A DNA stretch of 64,000 nucleotides. Origin: Escherichia phage MN04. Below are positions 30,078 to 41,517 of the stretch, in pieces. The notes below the pieces were generated by a model. The model was not told where the DNA came from and did not search any database. It saw nothing but the letters and a program-made list of their open reading frames with translations. The stretch lies in sequence record MT129654.1; one strand, 5' to 3'. The position numbers and the translations under genes were made by a program. Numbering within the stretch: the stretch's first letter is position 1; each line of letters opens with the position of its first letter.

Positions 30078-30940
30078 TGAAACAATACCAATTTTTAATT
30101 AAAGATATCCTGGAAAATGGCTACGAAACCGACGACCGTACCGGCACCGGTACAATTGCACTGTTCGGTACTAAATTACGTTTTGATTTAACTAAAGGCT
30201 TTCCTGCAGTAACAACTAAAAAATTAGCATGGAAAGCCTGTATTGCTGAGCTCCTTTGGTTCCTTTCAGGTTCAACTAACGTTAACGACCTTCGTTTCCG
30301 TACTCACGGTTCATTAATTGACGGTAAAACTATTTGGGACGAGAATTATGAAAATCAGGCCAAAGATTTAGGTTATCATAGCGGTGAACTCGGTCCTGTA
30401 TATGGGAAACAATGGCGAGATTTTGGTGGTGTCGACCAGGTTGTAGAAATCATCGACCGTATTAAAAAGATGCCTAATGACCGACGTCAAATCGTATCTG
30501 CATGGAACCCGGCTGAAATCAACCAGATGGCTCTTCCACCATGTCATTGTTTTTATCAGTTCAACGTTCGTAACGGCCATCTTGACCTCCAGTGGTACCA
30601 ACGTTCGGTTGACGTGTTCTTAGGATTGCCATTTAATATCGCCTCTTACGCCGCTCTTGTGCATATTGTAGCTAAGATGTGTAATCTTATTCCGGGTGAT
30701 TTAGTGTTCTCAGGCGGCAATACGCACATCTATTCTAACCACGTTGAACAATGCCAAGAAGTATTGCGGCGTGAACCTAAAGAGCTTTGTGAACTGGAAA
30801 TACGGTATTGGCATAAAGATTTCCATGAGTGGACAACAGAACAACAGTTGGCTTGGGTTACCGGAATGATGTATCCTGAAGACTTCGTTCTTAAAGGTTA
30901 CGAATCACACCCTACTATTAAGGCTAAAATGGCTGTATGA
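30077..30940 (+). CDS. td: thymidylate synthase (intron-less)
   Basis: Start moved to ATG 30077 (track 30065 is TTG); MKQYQFLIKDILENGYETDDRTGTGT and PPCHCFYQFNV active-site region; ORF uninterrupted. Confidence 0.9.
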
Positions 30941-31001
30941 AAATTCAAATAATCTGTACTCTATTTTTGGTTATTATGGTCGGACTGAATTTGGTGCTAT
31001 A

Positions 31002-31295
31002 ATGAGAGTCTGTAGAGTTGTTAACAAGTATAAAGAAGATTTTGATGTCAATATCCAGCGTGGAACTATGTGGGGTAATCCATTTAAAGACGGTACCCGC
31101 GAGGAAAACATCAAGAACTTTAAAGAATACTTTATTGCTAAAATAAAATCGGGTGAAATTAAAAGAGAACATCTTGAAACCCTTAGAGGTATGCGAATAG
31201 CGTGTACCTGTAAACCTAAGGACTGTCATGGGGATGTGATAGCCCTGGTTGTTAACAAACTTTTCAAAGATACGTTCTCATTAGAAGACCTATAA
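31002..31295 (+). CDS. hypothetical Cys/His-containing protein (97 aa)
   Basis: ATG-initiated ORF; WGNPF and CTCKPKDCHGD motifs. Confidence 0.4.
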   Translation: MRVCRVVNKYKEDFDVNIQRGTMWGNPFKDGTREENIKNFKEYFIAKIKSGEIKREHLETLRGMRIACTCKPKDCHGDVIALVVNKLFKDTFSLEDL

Positions 31296-31361
31296 ATATC
31301 AGTCCATGCTTAACAGGTTCTATGATAGAATAATTGTAGAACCTAACATATTGAGGAAATT

Positions 31362-33617
31362 ATGCAAGTACAAAAGAGTAGTGGTGTATCCCAAGATTTT
31401 GACGCACAAAAAATTATTAAAGTTCTGACTTGGGGCTGTGAAGGAACCCAAATCGACCCCTATGAATTATACGAAGAAATCAAAACCCACCTTCGTGATG
31501 GTATGACTACCAAAGATATCCAAAATCTGACTGTTAAGGTAGCGGCCAACCTTATCTCGGTTGAAGAGCCTGACTATCAGTATGTTGCTGCAAAGCAATT
31601 GATGTTTGCACTGCGTAAAGAAGTTTATGGCCAGTTCGAACCACGTAGTTTTATCGACCATATTTCCTATTGTGTTAACGAAGGTAAATATGACCCTGAA
31701 TTGTTGTCTCGTTATTCTGCAGAAGAAATTACTTTCTTAGAATCTCATATCAAGCATGAACGCGATTTCGAATTGACTTATGCTGGCGCAATGCAGCTGA
31801 AAGAGAAATATCTGGTTAAAGATAAAACAACCGGTAAAATCTACGAAACTCCTCAGTTCGCTATCATGTGTATTGGTATGGCCTTACACCAAGACGAGCC
31901 GGGTAACCGTTTAGCACATATTATTCGTTTTTATGACGCTGTAAGTACTCGTCAGGTTTCGTTGCCTACTCCTATTATGGCTGGTGCACGTACTCCAACC
32001 CGTCAATTTAGTTCTTGTGTTGTTATTGAAGCAGGTGACTCACTGAAATCTATTAACAAAACTGCAAACTCAATAATTGAATACATTTCTAAACGTGCAG
32101 GTATTGGTATCAACGTTGGTATGATTCGTGCTGAAGGTTCTCGTATTGGCATGGGTGAAGTCAAACATACTGGTGTTATTCCGTTCTGGAAACATTTCCA
32201 GACTGCTGTTAAATCATGTTCACAAGGTGGAATCCGTGGCGGCGCTGCTACTGCTTATTATCCTATTTGGCATTTGGAAGTTGAAAATCTGCTCGTTCTG
32301 AAAAACAACAAAGGTGTCGATGAAAACCGTATTCGTCATATGGACTACGGAATCCAGTTGAATGACCTTATGATGGGACGTTTCGGTAAAAATGATTACA
32401 TTACCCTGTTTAGTCCTCATGAAATGGGTGGTGAGCTTTATTATTCTTATTTTGAAGACCAAGAACGTTTCCGTGAATTGTATGAAGCGGCTGAAAAAGA
32501 CTCTAGTATTCGTAAGAAACGTATTAAAGCACGCGACCTCTTCGAATTGTTTATGACCGAACGTTCAGGCACTGCACGAATTTATCCTCAGTTTGTTGAT
32601 AACACTAACAACTTCACACCATTTATTCGTGAAAAGGCTCCTATTCGCCAGAGTAACCTGTGTTGTGAAATTGCTATCCCGACTACCGATGTTAACAGTC
32701 CTGATGCTGAAATCGGGTTGTGTACTCTGTCTGCATTCGTATTGGATAACTTTGATTGGCAAGACCAAGACAAAATCAACGAACTTGCTGAAGTACAGGT
32801 ACGTGCACTTGATAACTTGTTAGACTACCAAGATTATCCTGTTCCTGAAGCTTTGAAGGCTAAGAAACGTCGTAACCTTGGCGTGGGTGTTACTAACTAC
32901 GCAGCATGGCTGGCAAGCAACTTTGCTTCTTATGAAGACGCAAACGATTTAACTCACGAACTGTTTGAGAGATTACAGTATGGACTTATCCGAGCATCAA
33001 TCAAGTTGGCCGAAGAAAAAGGACCTTGCGAGTATTATTCAGACACTAAATGGTCTCGAGGCGAGCTTCCTATCGACTGGTACAATAAAAAGATTGACCA
33101 AATCGCAGCCCCAAACTATGTTTGTGACTGGTCGTCGTTGCGGGAAGACTTGGCTAAACATGGCATCCGTAATAGCACATTATCAGCACTTATGCCATGC
33201 GAGTCAAGCAGCCAGGTTTCCAACTCTACCAACGGTATCGAACCTCCGCGTGGTCCAGTAAGTATTAAAGAATCTAAAGAAGGTAACTTCCGACAGGTAG
33301 TTCCTAATGTAGAACATAACCAAGGCCTTTATGATTATGCTTGGAGCCTCGCTAAGAAAGGTAATAAACCTTATCTTACCCAAGTAGCAATTATGTTGAA
33401 ATGGGTTTGCCAATCAGCATCAGCGAATACGTATTACGACCCTCAGAATTATGAGAAAGGAAAAGTTCCTATGTCAGTAATGCTTGATGACCTGTTATAT
33501 TTCTGGTACTTTGGTGGTAAGAACCTTTACTATCATAACACCCGTGATGGCTCTGGTACTGACGATTATGAAATCGAAACTCCTAAAGCCGATGATTGCG
33601 CAGCTTGTAAGCTTTAA
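31362..33617 (+). CDS. nrdA: ribonucleotide reductase large subunit NrdA
   Basis: 751 aa; ATP-cone N-terminus, SNLCCEIAIP, C-terminal DDCAACKL; matches T4 NrdA. Confidence 0.9.
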   Translation: MQVQKSSGVSQDFDAQKIIKVLTWGCEGTQIDPYELYEEIKTHLRDGMTTKDIQNLTVKVAANLISVEEPDYQYVAAKQLMFALRKEVYGQFEPRSFIDHISYCVNEGKYDPELLSRYSAEEITFLESHIKHERDFELTYAGAMQLKEKYLVKDKTTGKIYETPQFAIMCIGMALHQDEPGNRLAHIIRFYDAVSTRQVSLPTPIMAGARTPTRQFSSCVVIEAGDSLKSINKTANSIIEYISKRAGIGINVGMIRAEGSRIGMGEVKHTGVIPFWKHFQTAVKSCSQGGIRGGAATAYYPIWHLEVENLLVLKNNKGVDENRIRHMDYGIQLNDLMMGRFGKNDYITLFSPHEMGGELYYSYFEDQERFRELYEAAEKDSSIRKKRIKARDLFELFMTERSGTARIYPQFVDNTNNFTPFIREKAPIRQSNLCCEIAIPTTDVNSPDAEIGLCTLSAFVLDNFDWQDQDKINELAEVQVRALDNLLDYQDYPVPEALKAKKRRNLGVGVTNYAAWLASNFASYEDANDLTHELFERLQYGLIRASIKLAEEKGPCEYYSDTKWSRGELPIDWYNKKIDQIAAPNYVCDWSSLREDLAKHGIRNSTLSALMPCESSSQVSNSTNGIEPPRGPVSIKESKEGNFRQVVPNVEHNQGLYDYAWSLAKKGNKPYLTQVAIMLKWVCQSASANTYYDPQNYEKGKVPMSVMLDDLLYFWYFGGKNLYYHNTRDGSGTDDYEIETPKADDCAACKL

Positions 33618-33670
33618 TAAAATCTGATTATAATTGACTCATGGATGAGTCACTAACAAATGAGAATAAC

Positions 33671-34810
33671 ATGTCTACAGTTTTTAATACTACCCCAGTT
33701 GATGTTTTAGTCGAACCGATGTTCTTTGGTTCAGGATTGGGTATTGCTCGTTACGATATCCAACGTCATAAAGTATTCGAAGAGCTTTGTGAAAAGCAGT
33801 TGAGTTTCTTCTGGCGTCCAGAGGAAGTTAACTTGATGATGGATGCTGCCCAGTTTAATAAGCTTCCACAATTCCAACAAAATATTTTTACCAATAACCT
33901 GAAGTATCAATCACTTCTGGATAGTATCCAGGGACGTGCGCCGTCTGCTGCACTCCAAGCCTTGATTTCAGACCCTAGCCTTGATACTTGGGTGGCTACA
34001 TGGACCTTTAGTGAAACCATTCACTCTCGTTCGTATACCCATATCATGCGTAACCTTTATACAGACCCATCTAAGGTATTTGATGAAATTCTGTTAGATG
34101 AAGCTATCATGAAACGTGCTGAATCTATTGGTCGTTATTATGATGATGTTATTGAGAAAACCAGACTTTACCAGAATGCCTTAGAAGAATATCATGAGTT
34201 TAGCGAAGGCGTAAAACAGGCCAAATACGAACTAATGCGCTCTCTTTACCTCTGCCTGCATGTAATCAATGCATTGGAAGCTATTCGTTTTTACGTATCT
34301 TTCGCATGCACCTTTAACTTCCATAAGAATATGGAAATCATGGAAGGTAATGCTAAGATTATGAAGTTCATTGCACGTGATGAACAGCTTCACCTTAAAG
34401 GCACCCAATATATTATTCGTCAACTCCAGCTTGGTACTGATGGTGATGAATGGGTTAAAATTGCTCAAGAGTGCGAACAAGAAGCAGTTGATATTTTCAT
34501 GGAAGTTAACCGACAAGAAAAAGAGTGGGCTGCGCACCTGTTCAAAGACGGTACTTGCCCTGGATTAAATACTCAGAACATGGGTGCTTTTGTCGATTAC
34601 CTGACAGTTTCTCGTATGAAGCAATGTGGCTTACCATGTCCTATTACTGATGCTCCTACTCGCCATCCATATCCTTGGATTCGCGAATACCTGAACTCTG
34701 ATGCTGTACAGGCTGCTCCTCAGGAAGTGGAAATCAGTTCTTACCTTGTAGCACAAATTGATAATGATGTCGATGAAAAAGTAATGGCGTCATACAAGAA
34801 ATATTTTTAA
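33671..34810 (+). CDS. nrdB: ribonucleotide reductase small subunit NrdB (intron-less)
   Basis: MSTVFNTTPVDVLVEPMFFGS start as recalled for T4; in-frame ATG also at 33641; continuous ORF. Confidence 0.85.
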   Translation: MSTVFNTTPVDVLVEPMFFGSGLGIARYDIQRHKVFEELCEKQLSFFWRPEEVNLMMDAAQFNKLPQFQQNIFTNNLKYQSLLDSIQGRAPSAALQALISDPSLDTWVATWTFSETIHSRSYTHIMRNLYTDPSKVFDEILLDEAIMKRAESIGRYYDDVIEKTRLYQNALEEYHEFSEGVKQAKYELMRSLYLCLHVINALEAIRFYVSFACTFNFHKNMEIMEGNAKIMKFIARDEQLHLKGTQYIIRQLQLGTDGDEWVKIAQECEQEAVDIFMEVNRQEKEWAAHLFKDGTCPGLNTQNMGAFVDYLTVSRMKQCGLPCPITDAPTRHPYPWIREYLNSDAVQAAPQEVEISSYLVAQIDNDVDEKVMASYKKYF

Positions 34811-34837
34811 GGAATGGGGCTTCGGCCCCTTATTGCT

Positions 34838-35251
34838 ATGAAAGAAATCGCAGATGAATTTAGCTTTATCAAGTACGTTACACTGGAGCTCCAAACAGAT
34901 GCTACTATAGCCCCTATCACGGTTCCAAACAAACAAAATGTCATATATGCTATAGCGGTTGATGATATACTAGTCTACATCGGGAAGACTAAAAATCTTC
35001 GTAAGCGCATCAACTACTACCGAACAGCTATTAATCGTAAGGACCAAACGTCGGATTCGACCAAGTCCATTCTGATTCATGAAGCATTAATGGCTGGTAA
35101 AAAGGTAGAGTTCTATGCTAGACAGTGCTTTAATCTGTCGATGACTAACGAACTTGGAACTATGTCAGTTGAGACCATGTCTCTTGAAGAGCCAATGTTC
35201 ATAAAGAAATTTAATCCACCTTGGAATACCCAACATAGGATAAAGCAATGA
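34838..35251 (+). CDS. denA: endonuclease II (GIY-YIG family)
   Basis: MKEIADEFSFIKY...VIYAIAVDDILVYIGKTKNLRKRINYYR near-identical to recalled T4 EndoII; in-frame ATG also at 34814 inside a hairpin. Confidence 0.85.
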   Translation: MKEIADEFSFIKYVTLELQTDATIAPITVPNKQNVIYAIAVDDILVYIGKTKNLRKRINYYRTAINRKDQTSDSTKSILIHEALMAGKKVEFYARQCFNLSMTNELGTMSVETMSLEEPMFIKKFNPPWNTQHRIKQ

Positions 35252-36396
35252 TTGAATTATATGATAACTTGATGACTTTGGTTAAAAACTCGACTAAATC
35301 TAAGTTCTTCTTTAAAGACTTCCAGAGTGCTCTAGGAGTCAACTATCGCATCTTTAGTTATAACTATGCATCGTACAGCGATTGGTTGGAAGACGGCGCG
35401 CTAGAGTGCCGAGGCATTATGTTTGAAATGGACGAGAACGGTCCTGTACGTATCGCTGCTCGTCCTATGCAAAAGTTCTTTAATCTCGATGAAAATCCAT
35501 TGACTATTGGTTTGGATTTATCACAAGAAAATATCGACCTCGTAATGGCTAAGGAAGATGGTTCCTTGATTTCTACTTTCATGGACAGACAATATCTTTC
35601 TGTTAAATCTAAAGGCTCTATCCATTCGTCGATGGTACATGATTCTTTACGTTTCCTTCGACTCCCTGAAAACGAGGCCTTCGCTGCTCGTTTAGAAGAA
35701 ATTACTAAAGCAGGCTATACATGTAACCTCGAGTATGTTTCGCCTACTAACCGTATTGTGCTGGCTTACCAAGAAACAAACCTTATCTTACTGAACGTTC
35801 GTAATAACGAAACGGGTGAGTATATCCCTTACGCTGAACTGTTTAAAGATGGCGCTCTGCGTAAGCATTTGGTTAAAAGCTATGAACTCGCCGAAGGTGA
35901 TTTTGTTGACAATATCCGTAAACAAGAGGGTATTGAAGGCTTTATCTTTGTACTTAAAGATGGCACGTTCTTTAAACTCAAAACCGCTTGGTATAGCGCA
36001 CTGCATCATACCAAAGATTCCATTAACAATAACGAACGTTTATTTGAAGTTGTAGTGGCTGGTGGAACCGATGACCTCCGAGGTTTGTTCAGCACTGATT
36101 CATTTGCTATCGAGAAAATCAATGCATTTGAACGTACCCATTTAGACTACTTAGAACAGTCCTTGGCTTTGTTAGAAGCAGCATATTCCCAGCTCAAAGG
36201 CCGCGACCGTAAAGACTACGCTGTTACTGGTCAGTTAATCCTCAAAGACTTCCCAGGGCTGTTCTCTATTCTTATGCAGGCGTACGTAGACGGTATTAAT
36301 TATGATACGGTCGTGGACCAGATTAACTCTGTGTTCTTGAAAAATCATAAGGCCCAAATCCCTGAAAAATATTTGAAAGAAATTGTAATAGAGTAG
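35248..36396 (+). CDS. rnlA: RNA ligase 1 (gp63)
   Basis: 382 aa; YRIFSYNYASYSDWLEDGALECRGIMFEMDENGPVRIAARPMQKFFNL matches T4 Rnl1. Confidence 0.9.
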   Translation: MIELYDNLMTLVKNSTKSKFFFKDFQSALGVNYRIFSYNYASYSDWLEDGALECRGIMFEMDENGPVRIAARPMQKFFNLDENPLTIGLDLSQENIDLVMAKEDGSLISTFMDRQYLSVKSKGSIHSSMVHDSLRFLRLPENEAFAARLEEITKAGYTCNLEYVSPTNRIVLAYQETNLILLNVRNNETGEYIPYAELFKDGALRKHLVKSYELAEGDFVDNIRKQEGIEGFIFVLKDGTFFKLKTAWYSALHHTKDSINNNERLFEVVVAGGTDDLRGLFSTDSFAIEKINAFERTHLDYLEQSLALLEAAYSQLKGRDRKDYAVTGQLILKDFPGLFSILMQAYVDGINYDTVVDQINSVFLKNHKAQIPEKYLKEIVIE

Positions 36397-36447
36397 TTTA
36401 CATCTCCTCATGATGTGTTAGTATAGACTTACCAACTAATGAGGAGA
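36396..36447 (+). promoter_or_regulatory. early promoter cassette of alc with SD-covering inverted repeat
   Basis: GTTTAC, 17 nt, TAGTAT; arms TCTCCTCAT 36403-36411 and ATGAGGAGA 36439-36447. Confidence 0.5.
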
Positions 36448-36454
36448 AAACAAA

Positions 36455-36955
36455 ATGAATATGCAAATGATTACCAACGAAATGGTTGTTAAAGCTTTTG
36501 GTGACTCTACTGACGGTATCCAAGTTTTTAAAGGTTCTCGTGCAGTAGGTTATCTAACCGATCTTCGTGTTACTTTAGCTAAAAATGCTAAAAAGAAAAT
36601 TAAGCAAAAAGAATACTCTACCCGTTATGCAGAAGAAAAGCGTGAAGCCATGCCCGAAGCTGTTAACTCTATGGTTGAGTTTCTCCAAAACAACCTTTCT
36701 AAGTATGATGCTGAGGTATTCATTAATATTAGCCAACCTAATGTCAAAATCGCAGGAATCACTTTCTATTTGATTTGCGACCCATTAAGCGATAAGTTTA
36801 ATCGCCTTGGCATTTCGAGCCCTTACCATACCGCTGAAGAATTGTGCGTGATGTTCGAAACGTATAAAATCCAGTGTGAAAACCCTAAAACGGTTCTTAT
36901 CAACTCCCTGTCACGTGATGACATCATCGAGATTATTACTAAATGTCTAAATTAA
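36455..36955 (+). CDS. alc: probable Alc (host transcription unfolding/termination factor)
   Basis: 166 aa (T4 Alc 167 aa); located between rnlA and spanin genes as in T4; sequence not independently verified. Confidence 0.5.
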   Translation: MNMQMITNEMVVKAFGDSTDGIQVFKGSRAVGYLTDLRVTLAKNAKKKIKQKEYSTRYAEEKREAMPEAVNSMVEFLQNNLSKYDAEVFINISQPNVKIAGITFYLICDPLSDKFNRLGISSPYHTAEELCVMFETYKIQCENPKTVLINSLSRDDIIEIITKCLN

Positions 36956-37296
36956 GTATTTACCTTTTAGCTGGAGCCATTGCAGTAGGTGCTTACGGTT
37001 TTATTTCGTATCAATCGAGCCGTATTGATACATTAACCGAAGAACTGAAAACAACCCAGCAAACGGCTAAACAGAACGCTGAAGCTGTAGAGGACCTTCG
37101 TGGTCAATACTCTGATATTGAATTCCGTACTACTGAAATGAATGCCCGAATGGATAAAATTAAGGCAGAAAATGAAAAGCTCCGTAAAGATTCGAAGAAG
37201 GCGCACGTGGTGGCAAGTAAGCCAGGATTGGTCGAAAAACAAATCAACAAGTCCTTCGATTCCTTTACCCAAGACTTCAGGAGCATCACAGAATGA
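36943..37296 (+). CDS. i-spanin (inner-membrane spanin, pseT.3-like)
   Basis: 117 aa; N-terminal TM helix IYLLAGAIAVGAYGFI then coiled-coil region; overlaps downstream lipoprotein gene. Confidence 0.6.
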   Translation: MSKLSIYLLAGAIAVGAYGFISYQSSRIDTLTEELKTTQQTAKQNAEAVEDLRGQYSDIEFRTTEMNARMDKIKAENEKLRKDSKKAHVVASKPGLVEKQINKSFDSFTQDFRSITE

Positions 37297-37583
37297 TTAA
37301 ATTGACTGCTGTAATGTTATCTATTGGCTTGTTAGTTGGGTGTGCCCAGGATGTTCCTGTAGCGCCTAAACAACAACTCCACCCTTCATGGCCGCAACCT
37401 ATTGCCGAACATAATGTTAAATGGCAGGTTAAGGTAATCGACGGTAAGGCCTGGGTTGGTATGCCATTTGAAGACTCGCAAGAACACCGAATTTGGTTGA
37501 ACGACGTAAAAAGATATGTACAAGACCAGAAATCTATGTTATGTTATTATCGTTCTGGACTAAAAGAGGAGAAGTGCAAATGA
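37293..37583 (+). CDS. o-spanin (outer-membrane lipoprotein spanin, pseT.2-like)
   Basis: 96 aa; signal peptide with lipobox LLVGC; ATGA overlap with i-spanin. Confidence 0.65.
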   Translation: MIKLTAVMLSIGLLVGCAQDVPVAPKQQLHPSWPQPIAEHNVKWQVKVIDGKAWVGMPFEDSQEHRIWLNDVKRYVQDQKSMLCYYRSGLKEEKCK

Positions 37584-37686
37584 TTGAAGCCTGTATCGAT
37601 GGGTGGGATGTTTTTAAATTCGGTGCTGCATGTTTTTGCTTTGGCATCGTGTTCAGCCTGTGTATGAATGGTATTTTTGGGAAGTA

Positions 37687-37721
37687 GTTTACAAACTCTT
37701 GGGAGCAGAGTATAATGCTCC
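37687..37721 (+). promoter_or_regulatory. early promoter cassette
   Basis: GTTTAC, 17-18 nt, TATAAT; GGAGCA/TGCTCC inverted repeat flanking -10. Confidence 0.5.
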
Positions 37722-37750
37722 TACGGATTATAAAAATTGAGGAAATTATT

Positions 37751-38229
37751 ATGACTTTACGTGATAACAGTTTTGTAGCTAAGCCTGAATACATTTCAGG
37801 TGTTAAATCGCCCGCATTACAAAAGCTCCTAAAACTAGGGTCCTGTGCAAGTACACCACTTGAAAAGAAGGCAACTTTCGATTTTGCTTGGGCTATTGTG
37901 GACGGTATTGATGTAGTAAGACAGGTAACTTTTTATGCTCCAGGGTCTATTGAGCCTTCGCAGATTATTAATTTGAATGGAAGTAATTATATTACCATCC
38001 AACAGTGGTATCGTATGATGCGCCCAGTTTGGGAATACCCTGAATTCATTGAAGAGTACAATGAAAAAGAACGTATTCGTGAATTGGTGAAAAGTTTTGA
38101 ATACGCGGCTAAACGCCATGGCCAAATGCAATCCGCAGTAACTCTCGGCGATGTTCCTGAAAGTGTTGCTTATGAATCCGGTAAAACCCTTAAAACCTGC
38201 CGTGAAGAACTTTATAAGGAGCTTGGTGT

Positions 38230-38233
<4 letters not shown>
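37751..38233 (+). CDS. hypothetical protein (160 aa)
   Basis: First ATG with GAGGAAATTATT SD; track start 37715 non-ATG. Confidence 0.35.
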
Positions 38234-39433
<1,200 letters not shown>

Positions 39434-39434
<1 letters not shown>

Positions 39435-39631
39435 TGAATAATATCGAAAAGATTTTTCGTACAATCGAAGAAATTGAAAAACGTAAATGCTTTTTCTTCG
39501 GCGTGTGGCCTTTAACTGATGGACGTATTGGCCTGGATGTTATGGACTATAGAGATGAAGACAGGGTCGATGGTGGTATTTTTAAATCAGCGCCAGAACT
39601 CCTTGCCTTCTTGGAAAAACATTATGTATAA
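39434..39631 (+). CDS. hypothetical protein (65 aa)
   Basis: TAATG overlap with pseT stop; track start 39404 lies inside pseT. Confidence 0.3.
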
Positions 39632-39839
39632 CAAACACCATGAAGTTGAAGAAGAAGCTTATAAAGAGCTTCAGAAACTGGTAGGGCTTAATATGTCTCC
39701 TACCCTCATTAACTCTCTAGCAGCTCTCCGTAACGATTTGAATGAACGTTACAAAGGTGAGTACTATGTTGAGTTCGTTCCTCTGACTGAAGTCGTTGAC
39801 CGGTTTATTGTTAACGTGAAGGTCCATACAGTACACTGA
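39624..39839 (+). CDS. hypothetical protein (71 aa)
   Basis: First ATG of track ORF 39519; overlaps upstream stop. Confidence 0.3.
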   Translation: MYNKHHEVEEEAYKELQKLVGLNMSPTLINSLAALRNDLNERYKGEYYVEFVPLTEVVDRFIVNVKVHTVH

Positions 39840-39846
39840 GGTAATT

Positions 39847-40125
39847 ATGTTCCCTACTTATTCTGAAATTGTTAAAGTAGTTTTTAGTCAGATTGTATCT
39901 GATTACCTATACGAACCTGTCGACACGTCGATTGAATTAAAAGTGCACGGACGTTTGTCTGCTATTCTGGAAATCATGTTCCCAGATGCAGTTGATGCAA
40001 TCACTGTCCAACTCACGACTGGTGCAGCATTTGCAATTGTTCCATTTAAAATTGATGACCACATTTTGGCTATTTCATGCAAAATGGACTTCCAGAAACA
40101 AACGGTAGTTGTCGAAGCAATTTAA
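39847..40125 (+). CDS. hypothetical protein (92 aa)
   Basis: ATG-initiated ORF. Confidence 0.35.
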   Translation: MFPTYSEIVKVVFSQIVSDYLYEPVDTSIELKVHGRLSAILEIMFPDAVDAITVQLTTGAAFAIVPFKIDDHILAISCKMDFQKQTVVVEAI

Positions 40126-40127
40126 GT

Positions 40128-40165
40128 GTTTACATCATGGTAGGACTGTGGTATAGTAGTCCTAC
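40128..40165 (+). promoter_or_regulatory. early promoter cassette with stem-loop
   Basis: GTTTAC, 17 nt, GTATAG; GGTAGGACT/AGTCCTACC inverted repeat. Confidence 0.5.
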
Positions 40166-40187
40166 CGAAACAAATGAGGAAATCGAA

Positions 40188-40742
40188 ATGAGCAAGTTCT
40201 TTGAAGAGCGTAAGTTTTATAAGTTCGGTAGTGAATACACTAAAAACAAATTCACTAATAACGGCGCTTATGGCCTCAATACAGCTTTTGCCAAGTATGT
40301 AGGTATGAATCCGTTTGAAGTTGAAATTGATTACCATAATGGGCGTGAACGTGTAAGCCGAATTCGTGTATATGACGAGATGATGTTTGTCGACCCTAGC
40401 AAAATCACAGGTAATCCTGATGATGCAAATGCTGTTCTTTTTAATTCCTCAGGCTTTTTTGGCCATGAATTCGATTACTTTATTGAAGTGGTACGTCCAC
40501 TGGCCTCGGTGAGTATTCCTGAAAATGGTGGACCTAAACAGGTAAAAGCCACTGCGGATTGGAAAGTGCTTATCGTTAAAAATGGTAAGATTGAAGTTCA
40601 TTCTCGCCATAACACAAAGGAACAAGCCGATCGTCAGGCTGAAGAGCTTTTGACCAGTTCGTTCCAACAAGTGTGTTATATTGTTAAAGGCGACGTTATT
40701 CAAGCTACCACTACCAAACAACTTAAGTTGGAGACCATCTAA
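40188..40742 (+). CDS. hypothetical protein (184 aa)
   Basis: ATG after GAGGAAATCGAA SD, downstream of promoter at 40128; track start 40077 non-ATG. Confidence 0.4.
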   Translation: MSKFFEERKFYKFGSEYTKNKFTNNGAYGLNTAFAKYVGMNPFEVEIDYHNGRERVSRIRVYDEMMFVDPSKITGNPDDANAVLFNSSGFFGHEFDYFIEVVRPLASVSIPENGGPKQVKATADWKVLIVKNGKIEVHSRHNTKEQADRQAEELLTSSFQQVCYIVKGDVIQATTTKQLKLETI

Positions 40743-40975
40743 TGCTGAGCGAACAACCTATTACTGTAGAGCAGTTTCAAGTTAAAGTTAAAGAATTTGC
40801 TCAGGCCCTGATTAATAAGGTTTCTGTACGTTTTCCTGATGCGACTCTGCGAGTAATCCAGGAATCACCACGTGCGGTATTGGTTATCGTTAATCCTAAA
40901 AATGGCGGCCAGATTACCCAGTTAAAACTTGGTTCTGATGGTCTGGTCGAAGCGCAGCGAGTGTTCGTAGAATGA
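40742..40975 (+). CDS. hypothetical protein (77 aa)
   Basis: Overlaps upstream stop. Confidence 0.35.
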   Translation: MLSEQPITVEQFQVKVKEFAQALINKVSVRFPDATLRVIQESPRAVLVIVNPKNGGQITQLKLGSDGLVEAQRVFVE

Positions 40976-41517
40976 AAGCAAGCACATACCTTCAGATTGC
41001 CTATCTGATTTCTCAGGAATCAAAATGTTGTTCATGGAAAGTGGGCGCGGTTATTGAAAAGAATGGCCGCATTATTTCTACAGGGTATAATGGTTCTCCG
41101 TCTGGCGGTGTTAACTGTTGTGACCATGCAGTGGAACAGGACTGGACTCGTGTTGTGTATGACCCAGCACGAATGACCCATAAATCGATTCTTCTTAAAG
41201 AACATCGTATGGCTCATGCCGCATGGTCATCCAAAAATGAAATCCATGCCGAACTGAATGCTATCCTGTTCGCAGCTCGTACAGGAAGTTCTATTGACGG
41301 CGCTACGATGTATGTGACACTGTCCCCGTGTGCAGATTGTGCTAAGTCTATTGCGCAGTCCGGAATTAAAACTCTGGTTTATGCTGAACTCTATGACCGA
41401 AATCCTGAAGGATGGGATGATATCCTCCGTGAATCAGGCATCGAAGTTATCCAGTATAACCGTACTGGTCTCCGTTCTCTGAACTGGGAATCAATTCAAA
41501 ACTATTGTGGTGAATAA
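40972..41517 (+). CDS. cd: dCMP deaminase
   Basis: 181 aa; cytidine/dCMP deaminase zinc motifs HAELNAI and TLSPCADCAK. Confidence 0.85.
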   Translation: MKASTYLQIAYLISQESKCCSWKVGAVIEKNGRIISTGYNGSPSGGVNCCDHAVEQDWTRVVYDPARMTHKSILLKEHRMAHAAWSSKNEIHAELNAILFAARTGSSIDGATMYVTLSPCADCAKSIAQSGIKTLVYAELYDRNPEGWDDILRESGIEVIQYNRTGLRSLNWESIQNYCGE

